Origin: Histomonas meleagridis 2922-C6/04-290x
Lineage: Eukaryota > Protista > Parabasalia
DNA: 64,000 nucleotides
Assembly: GCA_020184695.1 (NCBI GenBank)
Contig: JAANOX010000098.1
Span: 124,001 to 188,000 of the forward strand
Reading direction: 5' to 3'
The notes under the pieces were generated by a model, which worked only from the letters and a program-made list of their open reading frames with translations, did no database searches and was not told where the DNA came from. Below are positions 32,374 through 43,600 of this stretch, in pieces. Position 1 is the stretch's first letter, and every line of letters starts with the position of its first letter. The position numbers were made by a program, and so were the translations under genes.

Positions 32374-32447
32374 TTTTAAATCCATTGATCATTTTCATTT
32401 AATGGATAATTTTTAAATCCATTGATCATTTTCATTTAATGGATAAT
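32374..32447. repeat. 37-bp direct tandem duplication of the BspA stop-codon region
   Basis: TTTTAAATCCATTGATCATTTTCATTTAATGGATAA occurs twice, with TCC at 32381 and 32418. Confidence 0.9.
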
Positions 32448-34170
32448 TTTTTAATTCTTGACCAATTTTTTCAAATTTATCTTCTGTTTCTTTATTTGCT
32501 GATATATTTGATGATGTTTTTTCGGTTTGTTTATTAGTTTTCCTAATTAAAAAAATTATAAGTCCGATAATTAAAAGAACAATTACAATTGAACAACATA
32601 TAATACTAATAAGAACTTTTGCTGATATTTTATTTTGTTCATTATCATTATTACTATTTTTTAATGTAAAGAAATTACTATAAACTTGATAATAAGTTGA
32701 ATAAATAATATTAACATATCCATAATAAATAAATTGCGTAATAGAATACGTATATGATGAATTAATATTAGAAATAATTAATGAATTTGTAACAAATGAT
32801 TCATAAATTGAAATTGTCATTGTGATAGATAAAGTATTCGTAAAAATAAAAGAATGCGTTAAGTATGGATTATATGAAACAGAATTTAATTTAGTAAATG
32901 TATTAGACTTTGTAAATGTATTAGACTTTGTAAATGTATTAGACTTTGTAAATGTATTAGACTTTGTAAATGTATTAGACTTTGTAAAAGTTAGTGTTAG
33001 CAATGGATTGCAGTCATCAATTACTTTTTTGTTTATAGCTAAAACTCCAAATGTATCGTTTTGATATAATTCACTTACCATAACGGATTTTGTCGAAATA
33101 TTACTAAAACAATTACTTCCAAAGATTGGAGAAGTTTCTCCATAAAAATAAATGCATTTGAGTAATCCGCAATATCTAAATGTTTCATCACCAATATATC
33201 CCACATTTTTTCCAATAAAAATTGATTCCAAATGTTCACAAGAATAAAAAGCTTTTGATTGAATTTCTATAACAGAGTTCGGAACTATGAAACTTGTGAA
33301 CATACAACTTGTAAATGCATAACTTTTTATTGTGTTTACATTATTTCCAAGTAAAATTGATAATAAATTAGAGCATGAATAAAATGCATGTGGTTCAATT
33401 GAAGTCACTGAATCTGGAATTTTAAATGTTTCGGTGGCATTTCCATTTGGATAACTAATAAGTTTTGTAATATTTTTATCATATAAAACTCCATCGTTTT
33501 CATAATTAGAGAAATATTGATTTTTTTTAGAAATTTTTATAAATTTAAGATTGTTGCAGCAGTGAAATGGATTTGTAAAAATTGAAGAAACTGTGCTTGG
33601 AATTGCAACATCTGCAAGATTGCAATTTTTAAACATAAAAGGTCCAATTGTTTTAACTCCTTCATTGAGATATACACTTTCAAGTCGAGCACATCCAAGG
33701 AACACATTTTGCCCAATTGTTGTAAGATTACTTTTAAATGTTATATGTTTTAATTTACTACAAGTTTGAAACGCACATTCTCCAATATATGTTATACCTT
33801 CTCCAAACGAAACATTTTCTAATTTAGTACATTCATAAAATGCATATGATCCAATTGAAGTAACTGTGTCATCAATCAAAACATTTATCACTTTATTCCA
33901 TTTATAAAAAGAACAATTTGGAATTGTCATTATTCCCTTTGAAATAATGATATGATTCACATTGTTTTGATAATCATTTAGATTTGTGAATTCACTTGGG
34001 TTTGATATATTTAACGTTGATGTTCTTTCGTTATAACACTGCAATGAATGAGAAAAAAATAAAATAAATATTATGAAAGCGAATTTAATACTCTTTCCTT
34101 TAATTTGATGATTAATTAATTTATAATTTGCTGATAAAGATTTTCTCGAAATGTAACAATAAAAAAACAT
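32413..34170 (-). CDS. bspA: BspA-like LRR surface protein with S/T-rich repeat stalk and C-terminal TM
   Basis: TpLRR repeats (VTSIGSYAFYECTKLENV), (FTKSNT)n stalk, TM ISIICCSIVIVLLIIGLIIFLI. The signal-like segment begins at ATA 34074, and the nearest upstream ATG is 34170. Confidence 0.88.
   Translation of the reverse strand: MFFYCYISRKSLSANYKLINHQIKGKSIKFAFIIFILFFSHSLQCYNERTSTLNISNPSEFTNLNDYQNNVNHIIISKGIMTIPNCSFYKWNKVINVLIDDTVTSIGSYAFYECTKLENVSFGEGITYIGECAFQTCSKLKHITFKSNLTTIGQNVFLGCARLESVYLNEGVKTIGPFMFKNCNLADVAIPSTVSSIFTNPFHCCNNLKFIKISKKNQYFSNYENDGVLYDKNITKLISYPNGNATETFKIPDSVTSIEPHAFYSCSNLLSILLGNNVNTIKSYAFTSCMFTSFIVPNSVIEIQSKAFYSCEHLESIFIGKNVGYIGDETFRYCGLLKCIYFYGETSPIFGSNCFSNISTKSVMVSELYQNDTFGVLAINKKVIDDCNPLLTLTFTKSNTFTKSNTFTKSNTFTKSNTFTKSNTFTKLNSVSYNPYLTHSFIFTNTLSITMTISIYESFVTNSLIISNINSSYTYSITQFIYYGYVNIIYSTYYQVYSNFFTLKNSNNDNEQNKISAKVLISIICCSIVIVLLIIGLIIFLIRKTNKQTEKTSSNISANKETEDKFEKIGQELKNYPLNENDQWI
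32894..32983. repeat. Perfect 18-bp minisatellite x5 encoding FTKSNT on the minus strand
   Basis: GTAAATGTATTAGACTTT repeated five times without mismatch. Confidence 0.95.
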
Positions 34171-34985
34171 TAAATTCGATAAGTTTATGGAAAAATAAGA
34201 CGATATATTTCTAAATAAGTCAAAAAGAATGAATAAAAATGAAAAGAAAGGAGAGAAATATTTGATTTCCTGCTGAGAATGAAAAAATATTTTTTGATCA
34301 AAAGTTAAACTAATTGTTGTATAAAAATTTAAAATGTAACAAAGAATTGAACTTTTTATATGTTGAATAATTAAAAGGGCTTTAAAATTGTGTTCACATT
34401 TTTTTTGGATATTAATTTTTTGAAATTGATTTTTAGTGATATCTTCTGTTTCGATTATTTTTTTAATATTGTCAGCCACTGCGCTCAAATGAATATGATC
34501 ACAAGAAATATAATCGGACAAATGTAGGGAAAAAACAATTATTCCGATAATGTGTAGCTTTTTACTTTTTCAACATATTACAGAAATTTGAATTGCGTAA
34601 CAGCAATTGAACGAACTGTAAAAACAAATGAGGTTAAATCACTGTCACTTTTTCGAATTTTCTAGAAAAAAGTTTTAGAACTTTATTGAAATTTTGGATA
34701 ATAAATACCATATTCATAATTGTTTAGCATTAATTCACGAACATGATTTTTTCTATAAAAATGTAATGTAAGTCTAATGTTTGCAGAAAATGAATTCCTG
34801 AAACAATACATTTATTGTGAATATAAAATAAAAATTAAATCAAAAATATTTTTCTTTAATTTAAATTTTATCTGTTGTTTTTATTATAAATAATATTTAT
34901 CATCTCAAAATTCCGATTTGTAGGAAAATGTTATTCATAAATTGAAAAACATGGCCGCATATAAAAGAGTTTAAAACAAATAATT

Positions 34986-36071
34986 TTACTCATAAAATGG
35001 CGAATGATTTCTTCTATAATTTGCTAGATTATTAAGTGCGCAAATTACTTCTTCAGGATCATCCAAGCATTCAATACATTCTTCGACATCGCCATCCACA
35101 TTTAATTCAGCTAAGTAGCCCAAACATGTTTCGTTTCCATCATTTGCAATCAGACAAAAAAGTGAAATTACATCATTCCAAACCGAAAATGAAACTTTAT
35201 CTTTCAGTTCGAATAACATGCCAATAAACCCGACATTACAAAAGAATTGGATTGCATCAATCGAAACAACACAACAATTATACACAATATTGCAAACGCG
35301 TTTGATGTGTTTCATATTTGAAATTGAATGAACGAAAACGGTTTTGATGTCAAACGATTCGATGACTTGAAACGAATCTGGAGAGTCTTGCGCAAGCTGG
35401 TAAAGGAAGTTAATTGCTTCCTTAAATAATGCATCATCATGTGTTACATTTGAAAGCAATTTATCATTACTTTTCAAAAAATTATAAAAATCTTCAATGT
35501 GAAATGTGCTTACAATTGAAAGAATATGGAAGCCATGAGCTTGGATATCAAATGGAAGGGTTTGAATGGATTTTATTAAATTTGAAATTAATGGAAAAGT
35601 GGATTCTCGTGAATCTATGATACAAATCATGCTTTCTATAAGGCGCAAAGTTGCTGTGGAGCATAAAGAATTACTAAAGAGCAAATTAGAAAAATAATTC
35701 GTAAAGTTTAAATTAGTTTGAAAACAATTCATAAATGATGTTATAAATTTAGGATCATATGAAATTATATTTGCAATTGCATTTATAGCTTTTGGTGATG
35801 GAAGGTAATGAAATAGAATTAGCATTGTGTCATGAGGAAAAGAAATGAAAGAAATTGAAGATAAATATGTAGTACCTGTTTCTAGAATTCCTAGAGCATT
35901 TTCTTGTATGTCTTTATCAGCAGTGAAATCACTAAGTATTTCCAACATATCTTTGTAATTAATTTCAAAATATGCAATAAAATCTTGTTCTTTTATTTCA
36001 CTATTTTCAAAGCTTCTTCCTTTTGCTAGTTGATCTTGAATTAATTTTAATGTTTTTGATTCTTTGATCAT
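34986..36071 (-). CDS. ARM-repeat-like hypothetical protein
   Basis: Helical-repeat composition, similar in style to 15639 and 48312. ATG 36071 is divergent from the 36156 gene (84-bp gap). Confidence 0.55.
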   Translation of the reverse strand: MIKESKTLKLIQDQLAKGRSFENSEIKEQDFIAYFEINYKDMLEILSDFTADKDIQENALGILETGTTYLSSISFISFPHDTMLILFHYLPSPKAINAIANIISYDPKFITSFMNCFQTNLNFTNYFSNLLFSNSLCSTATLRLIESMICIIDSRESTFPLISNLIKSIQTLPFDIQAHGFHILSIVSTFHIEDFYNFLKSNDKLLSNVTHDDALFKEAINFLYQLAQDSPDSFQVIESFDIKTVFVHSISNMKHIKRVCNIVYNCCVVSIDAIQFFCNVGFIGMLFELKDKVSFSVWNDVISLFCLIANDGNETCLGYLAELNVDGDVEECIECLDDPEEVICALNNLANYRRNHSPFYE

Positions 36072-36155
36072 AAAATGCGCATAATAATTATAATAATATT
36101 TTGATTCAAATATATTTTCGACATGATTTTTCAATAAAAATAATATTGTCAGGGG

Positions 36156-38759
36156 ATGCTTGATGCAGATTTTCTTGCACAACAAGCAGAAGCTCTTTAT
36201 TCACAAAATCTTGGCGAACAACAAGAAGCCGCAGATTTCTATTATAGTTGGATAAGTAATCCTCAAAGTCTTTATGTTGCTATTACAATTCTAGAAAATT
36301 ATCATGATTTATATCCTATTTATGCTTCATTACATGTATGCCAAAGCATTGCCGCCCATGATTGGAATAAATGGAACTCTTCTATTAAATTGAAACTTCG
36401 TCAAATTCTTTTTTTCATTTTAAATGACCGAGAAAATCGAGATCCATCAATTATTTCATCCACTGCCAAACTTCTAGCGCAAATTGCGATCAATGACTTT
36501 CCTGAAATTTGGGGTGATTTCATTGATGAAATGATACAAATCTCTGCATCATTTGTATTAGTTGAATATTTTAACATACTTGAAACCAATGACAACATAC
36601 CATTTTTTAGGAAGAATCAAATACGTGAAATTTTTTCACATCAACTTCCATTATTAGTTGATGTCATCTTTCATCAAATCGATGCAACACCATCATCACT
36701 TGAACTATACAACGAACTATGTAAATGGGCTTCACCACGGCAACTTATTACTGAGCAAACGCTTACGATACTTACCAAGAATTATCTCAACAACGAAATT
36801 TTATTTGATGAAACAATTTGCATTCTTCAAACGTTATTTATCGATCGTTATGATACCACTGATTACTTTGAGCAATATTTCAACATATTACTTCCCAATT
36901 TATATCACTCATCAATTGACAATAGTAAATCCGCGCAAATTTTGTCATTAATCCTTACGAAATATATTCATCAAATGTGTTCATATAATATATTTCTTAA
37001 TCATCAACAATGCTTTACTTTGTTGGTAACTTATGGATGGAATAATACATCGAATGAGTTTTGGTCAACATGGAAAACATTTATTTCGAATCTTAAGGTC
37101 GAACATATAAATTATTTAAAGACAATTACGCAAAATCTATTCAAGAACATGTTGGACAACGCAACGAAATCACTTGACGAAATCGATTCAGATAATGTTA
37201 TTAATGAAGACACTATTTATTGTTTTAGTGAAATCTGTAAAATCGAAGAAATACAAATAATTAATTACATGAAATCATTGGAGCCTTCGTTGAACTTATG
37301 TTATGCACTTGCGTGTAGCGCTGGATGTTTGTTTAATGATTTTTTTATCCCGTTTTTTATTGATTTGATTAATGTGTTGAAAAATGACAATGAAATCATC
37401 GGAAATGTGTTAATATGTGTGACAAATGTGTTGAAACATTTGGGCTATAATCCCGATTTAGTGAATATGACTTTGGAATTGTTTTCTGTGATATTTAATA
37501 TGAAAAACGAATTTAATTTCATCGCAATTATGAAATCAATTCGGTTTTTGTTGTTGAATAATTTGGAAAATATTATTATAAATTCTGATGAGATTCTAAA
37601 CTTTTTATTAAATATGATAGAAGAAATTCTAATTAATGGTAATAATGAAGATTTTCCAATGTTATTCATGCAAATTAACGCTTTGATTTCAGAGAAAAGT
37701 GACAAGTATTTAATGGATTTCGTTTCAAAAATTATGAATTTGATTTGGGGTAACCCGAATATTGACCAGGTTTGTTCGATTTTGAATGGAATGATAACTT
37801 TTTGTGAGAAATGTAAACCTTTTTCGGACGTTTATTTCGTCACTTTTTTCCCATTTATTTTAAATATTATAACTAATGAAAATAATAATGAGAAAATTAT
37901 GGATGTGACTTATACTTTTACTGCTTCATTACTTTGTAATTTTAGTGATTGGACTAAAATTAACGATAGATTCAAAGAAATAATTTCAATACAATACACG
38001 GAAAGTGACGCTCATATTGAATCGATTTTACGGTTTTTGATCGATTGCGCAAGGAAAAGAATTGAAACAGAAAATTATTTTATTGAAATATATCATCAAT
38101 ATATTGAGCGATTTATGAGTGATGTTAATGATTTTACTGAACTTTCACTTAATTATCTAAGTGAAATCGAATGTTGGAAACAAGGATATATTTTACACAT
38201 TAAAATTTATAATGATAATATAACTGAATTAACACTCCCCTCGATAAAATACATCTTAAAAATCATCGAGAAGACATTTATCTTTAATACTTCCGATGAT
38301 TCATTTCGATATTATGTTGAAAATTTCGAAATTCTTTTTGACTTTTTGTTTAATGTAACCACAAATTCGATATATAATCGATATTTTACGCAACAGGTTC
38401 GTACGTATATGTCGTTAGTTAACTTTTCGAAGTTGACGATTCCAAATATCGAAAATTATAAAATGAAAATAATGCAAATTTTGCATCATAAAATATCGGA
38501 AATTGATAAAAACGAAATAATTTCTTTTGTGAATCATTCGTTCGATGTCGCAAACGACTTCGAAAGCATAAAACTGAGTCTGAGAAACGTTTTGATCTGT
38601 GCAAACTGCGGAGTGCCGAACGGATATCTGTTTAAGGAGACGAAGGAAATGGATAAAATATGCGCGATGTTCGATGACGCCGATTTCAGCGATTTCGGCG
38701 GGTTCGAGGAGGTCGAAGTGGAATTCGGCAATGGAACAGATTTGGACTTTTTAGATTAA
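36156..38759 (+). CDS. Exportin-like (Xpo1-domain) karyopherin
   Basis: QQEAADFYYSW...WNKWNSSIKLKLRQIL...AKLLAQIAINDFPEIWGDFIDEM fits the IBN_N plus Xpo1 pattern. Confidence 0.65.
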   Translation: MLDADFLAQQAEALYSQNLGEQQEAADFYYSWISNPQSLYVAITILENYHDLYPIYASLHVCQSIAAHDWNKWNSSIKLKLRQILFFILNDRENRDPSIISSTAKLLAQIAINDFPEIWGDFIDEMIQISASFVLVEYFNILETNDNIPFFRKNQIREIFSHQLPLLVDVIFHQIDATPSSLELYNELCKWASPRQLITEQTLTILTKNYLNNEILFDETICILQTLFIDRYDTTDYFEQYFNILLPNLYHSSIDNSKSAQILSLILTKYIHQMCSYNIFLNHQQCFTLLVTYGWNNTSNEFWSTWKTFISNLKVEHINYLKTITQNLFKNMLDNATKSLDEIDSDNVINEDTIYCFSEICKIEEIQIINYMKSLEPSLNLCYALACSAGCLFNDFFIPFFIDLINVLKNDNEIIGNVLICVTNVLKHLGYNPDLVNMTLELFSVIFNMKNEFNFIAIMKSIRFLLLNNLENIIINSDEILNFLLNMIEEILINGNNEDFPMLFMQINALISEKSDKYLMDFVSKIMNLIWGNPNIDQVCSILNGMITFCEKCKPFSDVYFVTFFPFILNIITNENNNEKIMDVTYTFTASLLCNFSDWTKINDRFKEIISIQYTESDAHIESILRFLIDCARKRIETENYFIEIYHQYIERFMSDVNDFTELSLNYLSEIECWKQGYILHIKIYNDNITELTLPSIKYILKIIEKTFIFNTSDDSFRYYVENFEILFDFLFNVTTNSIYNRYFTQQVRTYMSLVNFSKLTIPNIENYKMKIMQILHHKISEIDKNEIISFVNHSFDVANDFESIKLSLRNVLICANCGVPNGYLFKETKEMDKICAMFDDADFSDFGGFEEVEVEFGNGTDLDFLD

Positions 38760-39589
38760 ATGAATAAAATATTTTGAAGAATTAAATGAAATTTATTATC
38801 TTCGTGTTTTTTGGTTTGAGTTTTTAATGAATTTCAAAGTTTATATGTCAAGAAGAAAACATGATGCTGATTTCAATCAATTATTTCATGAAAAGTAATA
38901 TTAAAATATATAAGATAAAATGGATATAATATACAAAATAGCTATTTCATTTAATTTATTTATTTATAAGAAATCTCTATATTCAATATTTTTTCAATTT
39001 TTTAAAAAATATTATTTTTCCTTATATTTTGTATCAATATTTCAACAATTCACCCATATATTTTTACCTTTTTACAAAAAGGCTGCATTAATTAATTAAT
39101 GTATTAATATTTCAAGTATTCAGCTTTTCGCAATTACCTTTTTGCTTAATAATTTAACACTTCTTAATCAACTGTTAGATGAAACCTTGAATGGTTATTT
39201 GGTAAATTAATATACTCATAATTATTGCCAGAATAATGATACTTATGTATTGTTCATTAGCTAGAATATGAAAAATTGCAAGTGGACTTTCTCTAGAGAA
39301 GATATAAATAATATTGAATCTAATATGTTCAAAAATAAAAAAACGAAAACACAAAATATCCTCACAAAAACAACAAGTTAACAACAAATGTAGAAACCCA
39401 TTTGTAGGTCATTGCCTAATTATAGGTCTTTGGTCAAAAGGCATTTTGCTCAAAATCTGTTGCAAACGGAAATTTTCATCCCTTTGAATTTTTGTGAATA
39501 ACGGTTGTTCTCACAGAAATCCATTTAAAAAATTCAAAGGAATAATTTCATACTTTTTTGAAGTCCGCTTTACTTCATTTTTTTGTTTC

Positions 39590-40014
39590 ATGTTCACTGG
39601 AATTATAGTTCATGATGAATGCATGCCTGTCTTTAATGACTTCAAGATTGGTCACAAATATCGATATGTTCTCTTTACTTTTAGTGATGACGAAAGGTTT
39701 ATTGTTGTTGATAAAAACGGGGCCCAAAAGATACAACATATGATCAATTCCTTGATGACCTCCCTCAAAATGATGTATGTTTCGCTGTCTACGATTATGA
39801 TTTCACCAACGATGATGGAAACCTTCGCAATAGGCTTCTCTTTATCTCATGGGTACCAAATTCTGCACCAGCACGAAAGAAAATGATATCTGCTTCAACA
39901 AGGATTTCGTTCAAGAATGCTTTACCTGGCGTTGGACTTAGCATACAAGCAAATAGCTATGCTGAAATTCAAGAATCTGAGGTTCGTGCAAAATGCCTTG
40001 CTTCAATCAAGTAA
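39590..40014 (+). CDS. ADF/cofilin, split by a one-base frameshift near 39713-39729
   Basis: Frame 1: MFTGIIVHDECMPVFNDFKIGHKYRYVLFTFSDDERFIVVDK. Second frame: PKDTTYDQFLDDLPQNDVCFAVYDYDF...LLFISWVPNSAPARKKMISAST...IQANSYAEI. TCATTTT precedes the ATG. Confidence 0.85.
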
Positions 40015-40658
40015 AGGTTTAACCTTCCCAAAATCTTTTTTTGAAATTGATTAATTATTATTTTTGTCATTTGAAATACTTTACCCACAAAACTATTAGT
40101 GTCTATTTTAATAATTTTTCTTTATAAAAAGAAATTAATATATTAATTTTTTTAATGTTTTATATATATACTAATCGATATTAATTTAATCAAAATTAAA
40201 GTCAATTAATTTAAAATATAAAATTTCTTTTGACATGCATTATAAATCAAAGAATTCAATAATTTGATGATTTTATTTATTTTTTCAAGCATTCATATTT
40301 ATCATGTTTTACGATATTAATGAATTGATATAATCATAACACATTAAAAATTACATTTAAGCAAGTTATTTTGCAAGAGGTGAAAAAATACTTTAAAGAT
40401 TAATTATTTTATTATTTTTTGCTTACAGTTTCTTCATGAAACACAAAATTGAAAATGAATTTTGAACCATATTTAAAATTGTATCCTAAAATATTTGATT
40501 TATAAAAAGTGTTTTAAATCTGGCCAAAATGATAACCGAAAAAATCAATGTTCCAAAACGAATTTGAAAATTCCTCAGTATACTTTTACATTTCGTCATT
40601 TGTGCTTAATACCGATTTAAACCAAATTTTTCAGACAATCACATGAAAAAGTTATTAT

Positions 40659-43600
40659 TTACTCATCTTCAAAAGCAACATATTTCATAATTTCTCCTGA
40701 TATAAAATCATCAGCCAATTTCTCTAATCTTTCATCAGACAAAAATATTTCGAAACCATTTAAACCAAAACCAATTTGTACATTCCCTAACTCATCCAAA
40801 TACACAGGCGGCACATCGTAGAAATAAGGATCAGGCGAATCATCCGTATGCAATACGAATAATATTCTCGATTGCCATAAGTTCAAATTCATTATCAGAT
40901 GGAATTGATCGAATGAATCATTAAATAATTCTTTTAAGTCATCATTTAGTTCTGTTTCGATCACTTTTGAATCATTTAAACATATGAAACATTCAGTTTC
41001 AGTAGTCACAAGTTCATGATATAAATTAAAAGGTTCTAAAGCAAAATGCAAAAAGTTTTTCGGCATACTTATTAATTTATATGGATCGAAAACATATTCA
41101 TTTCCATTATAAACAATATTATATTTATTGCATAAATCTTTATTAGTTAATTCATTAATTAAATTATCATAATTATCAAAATTATTATTTAATGCAAAAA
41201 ATTCAGTTAATTTTATACGCCTTAAAAATAAATTAAGTTCTTTATCTTTAAGATTTATTATATTTTTATGAATAATTTCATTAATTTTTGTCTCAGGTGA
41301 ATCACATTTTATTAAATCTAAAATAAAACTTTGGAAAATCGAATATGTTAATACATTAAAATTCTCAATATTTTGATGATAAATAACTTTTAACGCTAAA
41401 AAGAAATTTCGAACTAAACCGAAATATTTTTTGTTATTTAAACATTGCGAATTATTTCTCAATCTTACTTCATACAAAACGATTATACTACAAAAAGCCA
41501 AAAAAATTTGATTTACGTCATCAAATTTAGCAACAAATTCATTAACATTCTCAATCACATCTTTCTCATTATATAAATCATTTCTATTCTCAATTTTTGG
41601 TAAATACAAATTACGAAAATATCGATCAATCGGACATTCAGTATTATCGCCACATTTTTGATGTATTAAATGTGTACATAATGTGAAACATTTTACATAA
41701 TTTACATTTCCATAATTATCATATTTTAATGGTAATGTCGACGAATACATATAAAGTGGATAACAAAGGATTTCATTTTCTTTAAGAATCGTTTGACATG
41801 AACAACATTGTTCAATATGTTCATCATTCGAATCATTTTTGTCGAGTTCATTTTTATTATCATTTTCGAATTGTTCAATTTTTGTATTAAATGAACTTAA
41901 AATCGAATTCTTTAATGCATTTAATTTATTATTATTTGAAGTTTTCTTTTCATTATTATTATTATTATTAGTTTTAGGTATTTCATATGATATGTTCATT
42001 TGTAGAAGTGCGTTTTGTCCAATTTTCCCTAATTCACTTATTAAATCGACAAATGATTTTGATGAATAATTTTGGAATTGATACTTTTGATACATTAACG
42101 ATTCGAAATCATTTGGAATTTTTGTAATTAATTCTTCAATGTTATTTACGTAAATAATTGTATTTTCTAAAGTTTTATTTGAAGTTTTCGTATAAAATTT
42201 CGATGTTGTTAACAAAAGATTAATAATAAGTTGATTTGTTTCTTGTGAATTTTTACATAATAAAATATAATATTCAATTGCTAATAAAGTTTTAGAGAAT
42301 AAAACTGAATGTAAATCCATTCCAAATGGTTCTTCAAGAAATGGCTTAAAAGGCATTAATTCATTTGGATATTTCGATATATATTTCGAATAAATCGCTA
42401 AGATTTTATTCGAATGATAAATTGGCGCTAATGGATCCCATAAAGTTTTCGACTTTAATTTAAACATTGTACCATTTAATGAAGGAGAAGAAGTAGAAAT
42501 TGATTCCAAATGTTCTTTTATGGTTTTTATATTTACGAGAGGAGGTGATTTAAAAACTTTTTGTAATGGTTTAAATAATTTTTGTTTAAATAATAACTTC
42601 GATATTAATTTTTGATTAACTTTTTCTTTTTTGTTTAAACTAATTTCTAATCGATCGAATATTAAATTTGAAATGAAATGTATAAAAATGAAATAAATTA
42701 AATCATTTTTATGTTCATTATCTTCATCGAAAATTCCAATTGTATGAGCAATTGTATTTATCATTTTTTCTTTATCTTGATAAAACCCAATACACATTTG
42801 CATTAATATAAATAAATCAGAAATTGTTAATCTAAACAAAAAATATTCAAGCGCAAAATTTCCTGGTGAAATTTTATGATTATAAATATCATTTGAAAGT
42901 AAAATTCGTTGTACATTAATTGAAACTAAATATAAGAATTCATTGTTAATATTTTTAACATTTTCTTTAAGTTTTAATAATAATGATTTCAAAAGTAAAT
43001 ATGGATTTAAAAAAATACAAATTGAACAACCATTAAATAATGAAACATTTAAATTTTGTTTGTTTTGATAAATTGATTTAAAATAATCATCAAATTTATT
43101 AATTATACTTATGATATCTATTTCTAAATTCTCTTTTTTATCCATTTGTTGTGTTAATTTTCGAAGGTAATAATTATATTCTCCATATTGAAAAAAAATG
43201 TTTTTTTCTTTAACTTCTTTTATATTTGTATAATAAAGAATCGATTTATCTAAAAATATATCAGTTAAACCATTAAAAAGTTTTTGATAATAATCTTTAA
43301 AGTTTTCATCTTTAATAACTTCTATAAAACCTACAAAAACATTAAAATAGTTCGAAAATATTTCACTTTCCCTGAATCGTTCATTATTTACAAGTGATAA
43401 TTTAATGTTTTGATATTTCTCGATTTGATCTAAAAGACATTTAACTAAATCGAAATTACGTCTTTGAACACATTCAAGTAAAATATAATCTTTGTAAAAA
43501 TGAAAACATAAATTTAGAAATGGTTCAACTTTTTGATTATCTCCTGAAAGTAATAATTGGTAATTCTTATTTAACATATCTAATGTTCGTGTGATATATA

